Positions 62,589-64,000 of a DNA stretch of 64,000 nucleotides are shown one piece after another (position 1 is the stretch's first letter; every line of letters begins with the position of its first letter). The notes beneath the pieces were generated by a model, which made no database searches, was not told the DNA's origin, and worked only from the letters and a program-made list of their open reading frames with translations. The DNA is from Andalucia godoyi And28 (taxonomy: Eukaryota; Protista; Jakobida). The stretch covers positions 224,972-288,971 of the forward strand of contig VRVR01000036.1 in the NCBI GenBank assembly GCA_009859145.1, given 5' to 3'. The translations under genes were made by a program, and so were the position numbers.

Positions 62589-63959
62589 ATGACCTTTTCT
62601 GTTTCTAGTTCCCCCGACCTTGGGTCGGTTCCTTTTCTCGACAAGCTGGCCGCGTCATCATGGTCACGCTTTCTGTTGGACTTTGAGGCTTACACCGCAC
62701 GAGGCGGAAAGCGCTCGATCAGGGAACTGGTTTCATCCACCGTCCTTCGGGTTATCCGCATCCGCGAACCGGAGGTCCTGAAAATGGAAGACGCAGATTT
62801 TGTACTCTGCGTGTCTGGTATTTTTGCCCCAGCCTCGGAGCTGGAGGCATTTGACCGTTTCCGGAAAATCACCATGGAATCCCGATTCTTGTCAACGGAC
62901 TCTGTCCTGAACTTCATTTTAGCCTACGAGAAAGAAGAAGCTCTCTGCGCTCACGTTCTGTGCAAATTGGAGTGCAAACCCCTTCGGAAACTTTTCATTT
63001 CCAATCTGCGCCCTCAGCGCCTGGCAGAACGAGTCGAGTTCCGCCATCCAAAGACGCTCGCAGAAGCCAAGCTATTCGCAATGGAAGAGGCTGAGCTCTT
63101 GTTGAAAATCTCTTCCGAGGCACAGTTGCTCGCAAATTCCAACCACGGTTCTGTCGTGCCCAAGACCACTCCTCGAGCGGCCTTCGGGTCGGAAGACAAA
63201 TCGGTTGTCAGCCTATCAGTCAGTGGCTCAAAGCCTTTCACTCACTCTTCAGGAGACCCGAAGAAGTGCCATGGATGCGGGCACGTCGGACATATTCGTC
63301 CCTTGTGTCCCTATAAGGACGTTCCAGGATGGCTCCGTTCGGGTGAGCGGACTTCCAAACTCGAGGTTCCAAACAAGCCCAATAGTGGACAGGCGAAGAA
63401 TGTCGCTACGGGTCCTGCCGAGGCAACAGTTCCTCGGATCCAAGTCACTCTTCGCGGAATTGATGGTACCATCTGTTGCTCGGCCTTGTTGGATACGGGG
63501 GCGTCAGCAAACTTCATGTCTCCCACGGTCCTATCTGCAATGCTTCCGCTGGGAGTAACACTTCGCAAGTCTTCTCGGGAGTTCACTGTCGCGTCTGGAC
63601 AGAAAGTTGGTTCCTTGGAAGATGTCATCTGTCCCATGCAGGTGAAATGCTGTGCCACCCCGGGACTGAAGCGAGATTTGGAAATCGATACCACCTTTTC
63701 TGTGATGGATACCGGAGAGGAGCTGATTCTCGGTTTTCCATTTCTTCAATCCAGTGGTCTTCTGACCATTCTGTCCGCAACCGTCTCAACAGAGGCAGTT
63801 GACGAAACTCCATTTGATTCAGCCTTCCCTTCGGAAGACGGTTGGCGAGGTTTCACATCGAGAAGGGTCCCATCCATGAGGATCTGGTGGGACTGTGCAA
63901 CGAGTTTGCCGATCTTTTCGATGACATGTCCAGCAAGTCCGGCGACGTCATTCCGATGA
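62589..63959 (+). CDS. gag: Retrotransposon Gag-protease ORF
   Basis: Capsid-like FISNLRP...PKTLAEAKLFA; knuckle CHGCGHVGHIRPLCP; protease ALLDTGASANF and LILGFPFL. Confidence 0.9.
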   Translation: MTFSVSSSPDLGSVPFLDKLAASSWSRFLLDFEAYTARGGKRSIRELVSSTVLRVIRIREPEVLKMEDADFVLCVSGIFAPASELEAFDRFRKITMESRFLSTDSVLNFILAYEKEEALCAHVLCKLECKPLRKLFISNLRPQRLAERVEFRHPKTLAEAKLFAMEEAELLLKISSEAQLLANSNHGSVVPKTTPRAAFGSEDKSVVSLSVSGSKPFTHSSGDPKKCHGCGHVGHIRPLCPYKDVPGWLRSGERTSKLEVPNKPNSGQAKNVATGPAEATVPRIQVTLRGIDGTICCSALLDTGASANFMSPTVLSAMLPLGVTLRKSSREFTVASGQKVGSLEDVICPMQVKCCATPGLKRDLEIDTTFSVMDTGEELILGFPFLQSSGLLTILSATVSTEAVDETPFDSAFPSEDGWRGFTSRRVPSMRIWWDCATSLPIFSMTCPASPATSFR

Positions 63960-64000
63960 CGATCTCATTGAAGGAGAATGCATCGCCCACGCGCCCGTGC
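63818..64000 (+). CDS. pol: Start of Pol (RT-proximal region) in the -1 frame relative to gag-protease; partial
   Basis: Frame opens after TGA 63815-63817 and runs to the edge: ...HIEKGPIHEDLVGLCNEFADLFDDMSSKSGDVIPMTISLKENASPTRPC, the L..EF.DLF...I.L....P pattern that precedes Gypsy RT. Confidence 0.7.

Larger units (their letters stand above)
62255..64000 (+). mobile_element. Ty3/Gypsy-like LTR retrotransposon, 3'-truncated by the window edge
   Basis: Gag with a CCHC knuckle followed by aspartic protease and then RT-proximal sequence. Protease directly followed by RT-like (not integrase) sequence favours Gypsy over Copia. Confidence 0.85.

Noticed and set aside
1-64000. CRISPR arrays, rRNA, tRNA, spliceosomal snRNA genes, TnpB/Fanzor ORF, alternative genetic code
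   Set aside because: No repeat-spacer arrays or conserved RNA signatures were found by eye, no RuvC/zinc-finger nuclease motifs lie near the TnpA relic, and all three stop codons terminate recognisable genes.

Overview
Gene-dense, intron-poor eukaryotic nuclear DNA read in the standard code (TAA, TAG and TGA all end recognisable genes). About 24 mostly single-exon genes are separated by short AT-rich spacers full of microsatellites. CFAP161 implies a flagellated organism; a compact free-living protist is an inference, and no species can be named from the sequence. Recognisable genes: CDC5L, CFAP161, dihydroxyacetone kinase, an APC amino-acid permease (one 200-nt intron), an RBR E3 ligase, CASP/COY1, a TBC1D5-like Rab-GAP, proteasome beta-2, a TTC1-like TPR protein, a tandem-PAS protein, an SLC35F6-like transporter, SAM synthetase, a bacterial-type maltose O-acetyltransferase, a NUDT19-like Nudix hydrolase, DUF1295, PRPP synthetase, exportin-T, an HPP protein and a P3A H+-ATPase. 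The window ends inside a Ty3/Gypsy-like LTR retrotransposon. Best second looks: (1) a multiply frameshifted IS607-type serine-transposase (TnpA) relic at about 10.4-10.7 kb with repeated GTTGCA motifs upstream; (2) a retroelement whose Gag-protease ORF passes into RT-like sequence only in the -1 frame and which shows no obvious tRNA primer site; (3) a roughly 2,070-aa STRA6-like membrane protein with a large Ig-like ectodomain; (4) a 2,309-aa IQ-repeat / propeller / pseudokinase protein; (5) candidate bacterial or giant-virus-related gene acquisitions. Family calls come from motif recognition by eye; no database search was run.
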